Source: Thermodesulfobacterium geofontis (GTDB lineage Bacteria; Desulfobacterota; Thermodesulfobacteria; Thermodesulfobacteriales; Thermodesulfobacteriaceae). Taken from it: a stretch of DNA of 43,221 bases. The stretch lies in contig PNIK01000015.1 in NCBI GenBank assembly GCA_002877985.1, forward strand, positions 1 to 43,221. The letters run 5' to 3'. Under the pieces are notes generated by a model, which saw only the letters and a list, made by a program, of their open reading frames with translations, searched no databases and had not been told where the DNA came from. How positions within the stretch are numbered: position 1 is the first letter of the stretch; each line of letters starts with the position of its first letter. Of the stretch, positions 9,801 through 19,116 are shown piece after piece. The translations under genes were made by a program, and so were the position numbers.

Positions 9801-10505
9801 CTAAAAAGGCCAGAAAATATGTAAAAGTCTGGTAATAATTCCTGGGCCACTTGCAACTTCACTTGTAGGTCCCTTACCACTGTATTCTATATAGGCATCA
9901 GAAATCTGAGTTGAGAGAATGGAATTATCATAACCTATGTCTTCTGGTCTTATTATTCCTGTAAGAGTGATGTATTCAAGGTCATTATTTTTCTTAATAG
10001 CTCTTGTTCCTTGAATAATCAAGTTTCCGTTAGGCAAAACCTTAATTACCCTTGCTGTCATGGTAGCTAAAATTCTACTTTCTCTCGATGTACCACCCTG
10101 ACCAGTTGTTGAAGTCTTTAAATTTCCATCAAAAAGGTCAGAAGGATTAGCATCCTTAAATACTCCTTCAATTCTATTTTCAAATCCCAATAATTTATTT
10201 ATTCCTGCTTTAGCAGAACTACTTTTGGCAGTTTGCTGTTTTACTGAGCTTGAAGTTTGATAGGTTTCAACAATTTTTATAGTAACTACATCTCCCACAT
10301 TTCTTGCCCTTAAATCTGAAAAACTAATAGCAACCCTACTATCTTTATATAAAGAACCTTTACTTAAAGTTTGTGGAACTTCATAAGGTATATCTACACT
10401 GGGAGGAGGGGGAGGAGGCGGCGGAGTTTTAGGATTATATTCAAAACATCCGTAAAGATAAAGCAAAAAAGATAAAAAAATTAAGAACTGTATATTTTTA
10501 ATCAT
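9801..10505 (-). CDS. flgH: Flagellar L-ring lipoprotein
   Basis: Lipobox LYGC, DLRARNVGDVVTIKIVE, VLPNGNLIIQG, GIIRPEDI, C-terminal WPF. Confidence 0.95.
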   Translation of the reverse strand: MIKNIQFLIFLSFLLYLYGCFEYNPKTPPPPPPPPSVDIPYEVPQTLSKGSLYKDSRVAISFSDLRARNVGDVVTIKIVETYQTSSSVKQQTAKSSSAKAGINKLLGFENRIEGVFKDANPSDLFDGNLKTSTTGQGGTSRESRILATMTARVIKVLPNGNLIIQGTRAIKKNNDLEYITLTGIIRPEDIGYDNSILSTQISDAYIEYSGKGPTSEVASGPGIITRLLHIFWPF

Positions 10506-11206
10506 TAAAGCGCCACCTCCACTTCCTCTGAAGAAATTACCTTACCCCATAAAATTTTTTTACTACTTATATTTTTAACTTTTATTTCTGCTCCCTCCCT
10601 TCCATCCTGAAGTGCAAGCCCTTTTGCTTTTACCACAAAATTTTTGCCTCTTACCACTATATAAACTATCTGATTTCTTCTAATGATTACAGGTCTTTCA
10701 ATATGGGAATATCTAAGAATAGTTCCTGCCTTAAGGCTCATTCTCAACTGTTTCCCTAAAGCTGAATTTTTATCTAAAATTACATCTTGGGGAAGTCTTG
10801 AAAGAGGCTTTAATTCCATAGTTATATCTTCTTCACTTAATATAGCTTTATTAAGAACTGGTCTTTTAAGAACCATCACTGGGACCTTAGCCTCTACATA
10901 ACCCCAAATTTTTACCTTTTCGTAAAAATCCCCGTTTTTAAATTCTAAGATAAGAAGGTTAGAACCCAATTTAGGATGAGCAATAAAACTTGCTTTATAG
11001 GAAAGATTTTTTGGAATACTTATCGATTCAGGTTCTATCCTTAATCTTTCAACATAAAATTCTCCTTTAATCCATGGAATTTTTTTCTTAATCTCCTCTA
11101 AAAATATATTTTTAAAATCTTCAGGAGTATAGATTTCTTCTGAAAAGCAAATATTTATTTTAAAAATAACCATTAAAAATATATAAAAAACAGCTAATTT
11201 TTTCAT
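10505..11206 (-). CDS. flgA: Flagellar P-ring assembly chaperone
   Basis: Signal peptide, SAF-like region and GLALQDGREGAEIKVKNISSKKIL; lies between flgG and flgH. Confidence 0.9.
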   Translation of the reverse strand: MKKLAVFYIFLMVIFKINICFSEEIYTPEDFKNIFLEEIKKKIPWIKGEFYVERLRIEPESISIPKNLSYKASFIAHPKLGSNLLILEFKNGDFYEKVKIWGYVEAKVPVMVLKRPVLNKAILSEEDITMELKPLSRLPQDVILDKNSALGKQLRMSLKAGTILRYSHIERPVIIRRNQIVYIVVRGKNFVVKAKGLALQDGREGAEIKVKNISSKKILWGKVISSEEVEVAL

Positions 11207-11209
11207 TCC

Positions 11210-11992
11210 TTACCTCTTAAGATTATTTGCCATCTCAAGAAGGTTATCTGCAGTAAGAACAGCTTTAGAATTAGCTTCATATGCCCTTTGAGTAATAATC
11301 ATTTTTACCATTTCTTCTACCACATCCACATTTGACATTTCTAAATATCCCTGAGCTATAGTTCCAAAACCATTCTGTGCGGGAACTCCCTCTATTTCAT
11401 CTCCTGCTGCATCAGAAGCTTTAAAAAGGTTTCTTCCTACTGCATAAAGTCCTGCAGGATTGGGAAAATCGTACAAAAGTATTTGACTTTGGGCTAAAAC
11501 ATTTCCATTTGAATCAAGGGCTGTAATTATACCATCCTGAGTAACCTCAATTTTTACTGTCCCTGTGGGAACAGTAAATTCAGGATAAAGTCTTGCTCCA
11601 TCAGCAGTAACTATATATCCATCTCTGTCTATTTTAAAATTTCCTGCGCGTGTATAATATTCCTCTCCTCCAAGAGTCACTTTAAAAAAACCTCTTCCCT
11701 CTATAGCGAGATCAAGTTCATTATTAGTAAGCTGATATTCTCCTTGAGTAAATATTTTAGCTACAGCCACTGGTTTTACTCCAAGTCCCACCTGCATACC
11801 AACAGGAGTAAGAGTACCCTCTGAAGTTAAAGCACCTGGGAGTTTTAAATTTTGATAAAAAAGATCCTCAAAATCAACTCTACTCTTTTTGAATCCTGGA
11901 GTATTAACATTGGCAAGATTATTGGCAATAACATCTAATTGAAGCTGTTGACCCTGCATGCCTGTTGCTGCACTCCAAAGTGCTCTAATCAT
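11210..11992 (-). CDS. flgG: Flagellar distal rod protein
   Basis: MIRALWSAATGM, ANNLANVNTPGFK, FEDLFYQ, YTRAGNF, LEMSNVDVVEEMV; 260 aa. Confidence 0.97.
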   Translation of the reverse strand: MIRALWSAATGMQGQQLQLDVIANNLANVNTPGFKKSRVDFEDLFYQNLKLPGALTSEGTLTPVGMQVGLGVKPVAVAKIFTQGEYQLTNNELDLAIEGRGFFKVTLGGEEYYTRAGNFKIDRDGYIVTADGARLYPEFTVPTGTVKIEVTQDGIITALDSNGNVLAQSQILLYDFPNPAGLYAVGRNLFKASDAAGDEIEGVPAQNGFGTIAQGYLEMSNVDVVEEMVKMIITQRAYEANSKAVLTADNLLEMANNLKR

Positions 11993-12002
11993 AATTCCCT
12001 CC

Positions 12003-12767
12003 TTATCTCTGAGCAGTAGTTATTAATCTTTCCGTTTCTTCATCTAAACTTTTAATAGATCTCTGAACCGCTTCAAAGGTTCTGTGAATCTCTATAAGAT
12101 TTGCCATTTCCCTTATGACATTTACATTAGACTTTTCTATATATCCCTGTTTTATTTCATAATTTTCAGCTACTCTCTCTTGTGCCCCTTCTGAAATATA
12201 AAGATTCTCTCCCAGTTTTTTTAACTTGCTGTAATCATTAAAAGTAACCACATCCAGTCTTCCAATTTCTGTCATATCTATGGATAGAATACCTTCTGGA
12301 GAAACCTGAAGTTTTGAATTTTCCATAGTAATATAACCTTCCCTTGTCATTCCAGGATCAACAATAACAGGTGTTCCATTTGCAAGAACTGGATAACCTT
12401 CAGGTGTCACCAGTCTTCTCTGAGTATCTAAAGTAAAATTACCTGCTCTGGTATAGGCTATTCCATTGGGTGTTTGAATCTTAAAAAAACCCTCACCTAC
12501 TATAGCTAAATGTAAAGGATCTCCTGTGTATTCCAAAATTCCCTGCTCTTTTCTAATAAAAGGCTGAGTTTCTTTATAAATTTTTTTATATTTAGGACCT
12601 ATTTTTTTCATTAAAACTTCAATAAAAGCTATGTTATCAGCTTTATAACCAGGAGTGTCAACATTTGCCAAATTATTTACAGTAACTGTTAGCCTTCTAT
12701 CCATTAATTGAGCTGCTTCAAGTGCTTCTAATAATCCCAAATGGGGGTTTATTCTGATCTCACCCAT
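12003..12767 (-). CDS. flgF: Flagellar proximal rod protein
   Basis: NNLANVDTPGYK, TGDPLHLAIVGEGFF, YTRAGNF, EKSNVNVIREM; precedes flgG. Confidence 0.9.
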   Translation of the reverse strand: MGEIRINPHLGLLEALEAAQLMDRRLTVTVNNLANVDTPGYKADNIAFIEVLMKKIGPKYKKIYKETQPFIRKEQGILEYTGDPLHLAIVGEGFFKIQTPNGIAYTRAGNFTLDTQRRLVTPEGYPVLANGTPVIVDPGMTREGYITMENSKLQVSPEGILSIDMTEIGRLDVVTFNDYSKLKKLGENLYISEGAQERVAENYEIKQGYIEKSNVNVIREMANLIEIHRTFEAVQRSIKSLDEETERLITTAQR

Positions 12768-12801
12768 AGTAAACTTTTTTTCAAAGTAGTTATTTTATTT
12801 T

Positions 12802-12820
12802 TATCAAAATCTATGCCCAA
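12802..12820 (-). promoter_or_regulatory. Candidate sigma54 promoter of the flgF operon
   Basis: Minus strand TTGGGCATAGATTTTGATA gives GG-N10-GA: a -24 GGCA element and TTGA in place of TTGC at -12, about 35 nt upstream of the flgF ATG. Confidence 0.55.
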
Positions 12821-12926
12821 AAATAAAAATATCTTAGCTTTTGCATTAAGAGATTCAAAAAAGGATTTAAATACCTAATAGGAATTTATTTCCTAATTAA
12901 AAAATTAAAAATGAAACTTTTTCCTT

Positions 12927-12940
12927 GTCAAAATTTTGAC
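12927..12940. promoter_or_regulatory. Perfect 14-bp palindrome GTCAAAATTTTGAC; candidate enhancer-binding-protein site
   Basis: Seen directly, with flanks CCTT...TAAGG. It has the GTCA-N6-TGAC architecture and lies about 110 bp upstream of the sigma54-like site. Confidence 0.5.
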
Positions 12941-12963
12941 TAAGGCCAAAAAATGATCGGTTA

Positions 12964-15618
12964 TTAGAATTCTCCACCTATTTGGAAATTAAAATTGCTT
13001 GAGTCTTCATCAGGTTTTCTATTTATGTTATATCCCCATTCTATTCTGAGTGGACCAAAGGGAGAAAGCCATCTCAATCCCACTCCTACACTCTGTCTAA
13101 TATCTGAAGTCTGAAAACCGGTTTTTAAATCCCAAACATTCCCCATATCAAAGAAAATAACCCCGTTTAAATTGACGTTTTTTACAAGAGGAAAAATGAG
13201 TTCTGTCTGGAGATAAAACATCCTTGTTCCACCGATTTTTTCTCCTGTTTTTGGATCCTTAGGAGATATATCCCCATATTTAAATCCTCTTACCGACCTT
13301 AAACCTCCAAGAAAAAACCTTTCGTAAACGGGAACCTTCTTTGCTCCCCCTTCTGTTATATAACCATAACCAAGCCCTATATCTCCTGTAAGTGAAAAAA
13401 CGGGAAAATAAACACGATGTTCTCCTTCTAATTTAAAGAATTGGCTTTCTCCTCCAAGGTATTCTCCAGCATACTCAGTATCAATCTTATGATACCATCC
13501 CTTTGTAGGTAAAAAGTATCTGTTTCTCGAATCATAAATAATTCCCAATTGTAAAGCACTGGTAATGTTTATATCCTTTGATTCAAGAATTATTTGGGCA
13601 ACGTTCTCAGAAAGATCCTTTAATTTAGTATCATCATACCTATATCCAATATAAGCTGAAAGTTCAGAAGTAAAACCATATCCAAATCTGATAGAACCTC
13701 CTTTGCTATTTTTAGTAAAGTCAGTGTACTGAATTTCATAGTTATATAGGGACCATCCCATAGAATAGCGAGAATCTTTAAAATAGGGATCAAAAAAATT
13801 AAGAGCGTATCTCGTAGTTCTTGTTCCAAGTCTTGCAGATAAAGTAACCCTCTGTCCTTTACCCAAAAAATTTCTTTCTGTAATATCTCCCATTATAACA
13901 AATTTGTCATAGGAACTATAGCCACCTCCTATAGCAAAGGAACCTGTAAGCATCTCCTTTACTTTGACCTTTAAATTTAGTTCTTCTTCTTTAGCCCCCT
14001 TTTCTTTGTCAATTTTAACTTCCTCAAAATATCCAAGCCTTCTCAATCGTCTTTCACTTTCTTCAACACGAGAAGCACTATAAGGCCAGCCCTCTGCTAT
14101 TTTAAATTCCCTTCTAATAACCTTATCTCTTGTCTTAGTATTTCCTTCAATCTCAATTCTTCCTATATAAACCACTGGTCCTTTATTAATATCAAAGGTT
14201 ACATTTACTAATTTGTTTTTAGGATCTTTATCTATTTTTGTATCTACCTTTGTATAGGCATATCCATAATCAGAAAAAAGATGGATAAGAATTGATTCAT
14301 CTTCTTTTAAAGTTTTAAGACTGAAAACCTTTCCTGATGAAGTTTGGATCTTTTTATAGATTTTTTCTTCTGGAAATAAGTCTTGATTTATCTTTACCTT
14401 TCCTACTTTATATTGAGGTCCTTCTTCAATAGGAATTTTTATAATTACACCATCTGGTTCTTCCTCCACTATAGGATCACCTATTTTCATATCTATATAA
14501 CCTTTATTTTTATAGGCTGTTTCTATCTTACCGAGGTCTCTATAAAGAAAGGCTATATTATATACTCCAGGTTCTGCTAAAGGTTCTGGACGGATAAAAG
14601 CTCTAATGTATTGGGTTATTTTTTTGACAGGTGAAAAAACAGTCTTTTCTGAAATAGAAAGATAGCTCTTCAAATCTCTATCAGAAAAGGCTTTATTCCC
14701 TATAAATTCAATTTGTTTTATGTATTTCTTTTCTCCTTCTTTAATATTAAAAACTAATTTTATTTGAGCAGGTGGTGCCTTTTCAGTCTCAACAGAAACT
14801 TGTGTTCCCAAATATCCAGATTGTTCATAATACATTTTTATAGCCTCTAAGGCTTTATCAAGTTCTTTTGGAGTAACAATTTGTCCTTCTTTAATTTCCA
14901 CTATTTTTAAAAGATCCTCAGTTTTTATCTTTTTATTCCCTTTAAAAACTATTTCTTTAACTGACGGATTTTCTTTAACCTCAAAAGTAACAATTACCCC
15001 TTTTGTACCCTCATCAATCTTTAATTCCACATTTTCAAAATAACCCATTTTATAAATGTTTTTCAAATCTTCATTTAGTTTCTTAAGATCAAAAATGTCC
15101 CCTTCCTTGGTTTTTATATTAGGCAAAATAACATCTTCTCCTATTCTTAAATTCCCGGCAATCTGAATTTTCTCAATTATCTTTCTTTTTTCTAAAACAC
15201 TTTTTATTAACTTAAAAGTCTCATTTACAAGATCACCTATATTCTCCTTTTTTCCCGTAACATAAAAATAATAAGGTTCTTTTTTGTCAAATTGATAAAG
15301 CTTCCACTCTATACTGAGATTATCCTTAATAGTTATTATTTTAAGTTCTGCAATACCATTATAAGTTCCTGCTTTTAAAAAGTTAAATGCTTCTTCTTTG
15401 GAAAATTTTTTTATCTCAAGATTTGTTCCTTCCTGGGACAAAATTTTTTGTAAATTTTCAAAATAGGTTTTTAAAATCTCCTCTGGTAAATAGTCTCCAT
15501 AGGTTTTTGTTGAATAAATGAGAAGTTGAAAATTTTCTGCTAAAAGAATTTTAGAGGAAAAGAAAAAAAAGAGAAAAAAAAGGAAAAATCCTATTCTCCT
15601 CAAGATAGAGTCTCTCAT
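12964..15618 (-). CDS. bamA: Outer membrane protein assembly factor
   Basis: POTRA repeats (GNLRI, GNKKI, GNKAF, GNTKTRDKVIRRE), VRGF motif, SPFGPLRIEWG, C-terminal Phe. Confidence 0.96.
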   Translation of the reverse strand: MRDSILRRIGFFLFFLFFFFSSKILLAENFQLLIYSTKTYGDYLPEEILKTYFENLQKILSQEGTNLEIKKFSKEEAFNFLKAGTYNGIAELKIITIKDNLSIEWKLYQFDKKEPYYFYVTGKKENIGDLVNETFKLIKSVLEKRKIIEKIQIAGNLRIGEDVILPNIKTKEGDIFDLKKLNEDLKNIYKMGYFENVELKIDEGTKGVIVTFEVKENPSVKEIVFKGNKKIKTEDLLKIVEIKEGQIVTPKELDKALEAIKMYYEQSGYLGTQVSVETEKAPPAQIKLVFNIKEGEKKYIKQIEFIGNKAFSDRDLKSYLSISEKTVFSPVKKITQYIRAFIRPEPLAEPGVYNIAFLYRDLGKIETAYKNKGYIDMKIGDPIVEEEPDGVIIKIPIEEGPQYKVGKVKINQDLFPEEKIYKKIQTSSGKVFSLKTLKEDESILIHLFSDYGYAYTKVDTKIDKDPKNKLVNVTFDINKGPVVYIGRIEIEGNTKTRDKVIRREFKIAEGWPYSASRVEESERRLRRLGYFEEVKIDKEKGAKEEELNLKVKVKEMLTGSFAIGGGYSSYDKFVIMGDITERNFLGKGQRVTLSARLGTRTTRYALNFFDPYFKDSRYSMGWSLYNYEIQYTDFTKNSKGGSIRFGYGFTSELSAYIGYRYDDTKLKDLSENVAQIILESKDINITSALQLGIIYDSRNRYFLPTKGWYHKIDTEYAGEYLGGESQFFKLEGEHRVYFPVFSLTGDIGLGYGYITEGGAKKVPVYERFFLGGLRSVRGFKYGDISPKDPKTGEKIGGTRMFYLQTELIFPLVKNVNLNGVIFFDMGNVWDLKTGFQTSDIRQSVGVGLRWLSPFGPLRIEWGYNINRKPDEDSSNFNFQIGGEF

Positions 15619-15619
15619 T

Positions 15620-16315
15620 TTAGGTATTTTCTAATTTTACCAAAAAACCTTTTTTTAGCAAAAATATTTTATCCATTTTTTTAGCTAATTCCCAGTTGTG
15701 AGTTACCATAATTATAGTAACCCCAAATTCTTCATTTATCTTTAAAAATATTTCTACCACTTCTTTTGCGCTTTCCTGATCAAGATTACCTGTTGGTTCA
15801 TCAGCTAAAAGTAGAGTTGGATTTAAAAAAAGCGCCCTTGCAATGGCTACCTTCTGTCTTTCTCCTCCAGAAAGTCTAAAGGGTTTGTGGTTTTCTTTTC
15901 CTGAGAGACTAAGCTTTTCAAGAAGTTCATATGCTCTTTTTAAACAATTTTCTTTTTTCCACTGAGATATAAGCCCAGGTAAAATTATATTTTCTATTAC
16001 TGTGAATTCTGGAATAAGATAATGGAGTTGAAAAATAAATCCTATGTGTTCCCTTCTCAGTTTTAATAATATTTCCTCATTGTTATAATCTAATTTTTTT
16101 CCAAAAAAGTAAATTTCACCAGAGGTGGGATAATCAAGAGTGCCTATAATATTTAAAAGGGTGGTTTTACCTACCCCAGAAGGTCCAACTACAGCAATCT
16201 TATCCCCTTTTTGAACCTTAAGATTTATCCCTTTTAATACCTCAAGTTCTCCCTGAGGATAAAAGTATTTCTTTTTTATATCTCTAAGTTCTACAATAAT
16301 ATTATTTTCTTCCAT
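15620..16315 (-). CDS. lolD: Lipoprotein-releasing ABC transporter ATPase
   Basis: Walker A GPSGVGKT, LSGGERQ, ADEPTGNLD, VTHN; adjacent to lolC/E. Confidence 0.9.
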   Translation of the reverse strand: MEENNIIVELRDIKKKYFYPQGELEVLKGINLKVQKGDKIAVVGPSGVGKTTLLNIIGTLDYPTSGEIYFFGKKLDYNNEEILLKLRREHIGFIFQLHYLIPEFTVIENIILPGLISQWKKENCLKRAYELLEKLSLSGKENHKPFRLSGGERQKVAIARALFLNPTLLLADEPTGNLDQESAKEVVEIFLKINEEFGVTIIMVTHNWELAKKMDKIFLLKKGFLVKLENT

Positions 16316-16321
16316 AAAGTT

Positions 16322-17551
16322 TTATCCATATCTCAAAATTTCTGCGGGAATTATTTCAGAAGCTTTTTTGGCAGGATATAGGCAAGCTAAAACACTTATA
16401 AAAACTGCAACCACATTTATTATAAAAATATCTAAAATTTTTAATTTCACAGGCATATATTCGACAGGATAAACCTCACTGGGAAGTTTTATTACAGGAT
16501 AATGAGAAAGGAGTATGCAAAGAGAGCTACCCAATATTAAACCTGCCATGACTCCTATTAAAGAAAGAATTAAACCACAGAAAAAGAAGATTTTTAAAAT
16601 GCTTTTCGAAGAAACACCAAGGGCTCTCAAAATAGCAATATCCATTTTTTTCTCGGAAACAAGCATAATCATAGCTGCAATTATGGTAAAAAGAGAAACT
16701 GTTACCATAAGAGTTAATACCACAAAAAGTCCCAGTTTTTCCATTTTTAAAGCAGCAAAAAGATTTCTGTTCCACTCCTGCCAATCAAATATGTGAACAC
16801 CAAAATCCAAATGAGAAAGAATACCTCTTTTGAATTCTTCTGATTTAAAGGGATCTTTAAGTTTTATTTCCAAGGAATAATTATTAGGTTTAAATTTCTG
16901 AGAAAACAAGTTAAAGGAAGTAAAGACAAGGTTGAGATCATAGTCGTAAACGCCTGTTTCAAAAGTTCCTGCTACCACAAAAGTGGTTATTTTAGGAAAA
17001 AATCCAAAGGGTGTATAAAAACCCTCTACGCTAATAAATCTTATTTTTTCTCCTAAGCTAAGACCAAGTCTTTCTTTCAGTTTTTCACCTATTATAATAG
17101 GCAACGCTCCTTTTTCATTATTTAAATAGGTAGCTTCAATTTTAAATTTTTTAAAGCCTCTTTCTTTTTTTAAACTTTCTAAATTGGTAGCTTTCAAAAT
17201 AATTCCTACAGGATTCCCTGAAAAAATTATTAAACCCTGTAAACTTGAAGTTTCCTGAATACTTATAATTTCCTTAGGAGGTATCTCCTTTTTTATGATT
17301 TTAAAAAGGTTTTCTCTTATCTTGGGGTTTCTATAGGTTATGCTTAAATGGGGATTTAGGCTTAAAATTTTTTCTGAAACAGCCTCTTTGAAACCTGTTA
17401 TTACAGAATTAACAACTGTTAAAGCACCTACGCTTAAAGCAACCCCAATAATAGAAATTAAAGAGATGATACCTGTAAATCTTTCTCTTTTTGGAGAAAA
17501 AACATATTTTAAAGCTATCCAAAATTCCCAGTTCAAATTTAAAAATTTCAT
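16322..17551 (-). CDS. lolE: Lipoprotein-releasing ABC transporter permease LolC/E
   Basis: MacB/FtsX topology; DWQEWNRNLFAALKMEK, EKKMDIAILRALG, YPAKKAS..PAEILRY. Confidence 0.88.
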   Translation of the reverse strand: MKFLNLNWEFWIALKYVFSPKRERFTGIISLISIIGVALSVGALTVVNSVITGFKEAVSEKILSLNPHLSITYRNPKIRENLFKIIKKEIPPKEIISIQETSSLQGLIIFSGNPVGIILKATNLESLKKERGFKKFKIEATYLNNEKGALPIIIGEKLKERLGLSLGEKIRFISVEGFYTPFGFFPKITTFVVAGTFETGVYDYDLNLVFTSFNLFSQKFKPNNYSLEIKLKDPFKSEEFKRGILSHLDFGVHIFDWQEWNRNLFAALKMEKLGLFVVLTLMVTVSLFTIIAAMIMLVSEKKMDIAILRALGVSSKSILKIFFFCGLILSLIGVMAGLILGSSLCILLSHYPVIKLPSEVYPVEYMPVKLKILDIFIINVVAVFISVLACLYPAKKASEIIPAEILRYG

Positions 17552-17554
17552 TAT

Positions 17555-19051
17555 TTATATGTCTTCTTTTTTTCTTAAGTGAGGAAATAGTATAACTTCT
17601 CTAATAGAGGGGCTATCTGTAAAAATCATAACCACCCTGTCTATTCCTATACCTTCTCCTGCACAAGGAGGCATACCATATTCTAAAGCCCTTAAAAAAT
17701 CTTCGTCTATTTCTGGAGGAATTTCCTCATCTACTTCTCTTAATTTTAATTGCTCCTCAAACCTTTTCCTCTGATCCCTGGGGTCATTCAATTCAGAAAA
17801 GGCATTGGCAATTTCTTTTCCACCCATATAAAACTCAAATCTATCTACAAATTCTGGGTTTTCATCATTTCTTCTTGCAAGTGGAGAAACCTCAACAGGA
17901 AATTTAATTACAAAGGTGGGTTGGATAAGTTTTGGCTCAACCAGTTCTTCAAAAAGCTTGGTCCACCACTTCCCAATTCTAGGATCCTTTAAATTAAGTT
18001 CTACACCCTTTTGCTTAGCAAAGTTTAAAAGTTTTTCTCTATCATTTAAAATCTCCGGAGGTACTTCTCCTAACTCAGTTAATGCTTTCAAAAATTCTAT
18101 TCTCTTCCAAGGAGGAGTAAGATCTATTTCTTGTCCTTGATAGGTTATAATTGGACTACCTTTAATCTCTAAAGCTAAACCGTAAAACAATTCCTCTGTT
18201 CTTTTCATAAGATCTTCATAGGTAGCGTATGCCTCATAAAATTCAAGCATGGTAAATTCTGGATTATGTTTACTTGAGATACCTTCATTTCTAAAGTTTC
18301 TATTTAATTCAAAAATCTTTTCAAAACCTCCCACCAGAAGCCTTTTTAAATATAGCTCAGGAGCAATTCTAAGATAAAGGTTCATATCTAAAGCATTGTG
18401 ATAGGTTATAAAAGGTCTTGCAGTTGCACCCCCTACAATGGGTTGCATCATTGGAGTTTCTACTTCTAAAAAACCCTCGGAAATAAAATAATCTCTTATA
18501 TAATGAATAATTTGTGTTCTCATCCTAAAAATTTCCCTCACCCTTTCATTCATTATTAAATCTAAATATCTCATTCTGTATCTAAGTTCTGTATCTCTTA
18601 AACCATGATATTTTTCAGGAAGAGGTCTTAAGGCTTTGGTAAGAAGTTTTAAAAACTTTACCAAAATGGTTATTTCACCTGTTTTAGTTTTAATAAGCCT
18701 TCCTTTAACTCCTATAATATCTCCAATATCAACGTATTTCTTAAAAAAATTAAAATCCTCTTCTGATAATTCGGACTTAGCAATTAAAATTTGGATTTTA
18801 TCTGTTTCATCTTGTATATGAGAAAAAATAATTTTACCCATTTCTCTTTTAGTCATAACTCTACCAGCTACAGAAAATTCAAGTTCCCTTTTCTCAAGCT
18901 TCTCTGCGGGTATATCTTTATAAATTTCTTTTAAATATTTAGCTCTATCCTTAGGACGAAAATCATTGGGATAACCTTTAATCCCCATCTTTTCTATAGC
19001 AGATAATTTCTCGTATCTTACCTTTATAATCTGATGGTCCTCTAACATCAA
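17555..19051 (-). CDS. lysS: Lysine--tRNA ligase (class II)
   Basis: GGATARPF, YLRIAPELYLKRL, FRNEGI, HNPEF, GIGIDR. Confidence 0.98.
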   Translation of the reverse strand: MMLEDHQIIKVRYEKLSAIEKMGIKGYPNDFRPKDRAKYLKEIYKDIPAEKLEKRELEFSVAGRVMTKREMGKIIFSHIQDETDKIQILIAKSELSEEDFNFFKKYVDIGDIIGVKGRLIKTKTGEITILVKFLKLLTKALRPLPEKYHGLRDTELRYRMRYLDLIMNERVREIFRMRTQIIHYIRDYFISEGFLEVETPMMQPIVGGATARPFITYHNALDMNLYLRIAPELYLKRLLVGGFEKIFELNRNFRNEGISSKHNPEFTMLEFYEAYATYEDLMKRTEELFYGLALEIKGSPIITYQGQEIDLTPPWKRIEFLKALTELGEVPPEILNDREKLLNFAKQKGVELNLKDPRIGKWWTKLFEELVEPKLIQPTFVIKFPVEVSPLARRNDENPEFVDRFEFYMGGKEIANAFSELNDPRDQRKRFEEQLKLREVDEEIPPEIDEDFLRALEYGMPPCAGEGIGIDRVVMIFTDSPSIREVILFPHLRKKEDI

Positions 19052-19116
19052 AAAACCCTCCTGAAAAGAAAAAAATTTCTATCCTATTTTATTACGAAAA
19101 TACCTTTTTCCAACTC

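Noticed and set aside
2168-18821. Short ORFs at 2168, 3640, 6630, 10683, 13620, 14383, 16515, 16527, 17340, 17750, 17916 and 18636
   Set aside because: All lie within or almost wholly within well-supported genes, on the opposite strand or in another frame, and have no recognisable motifs.
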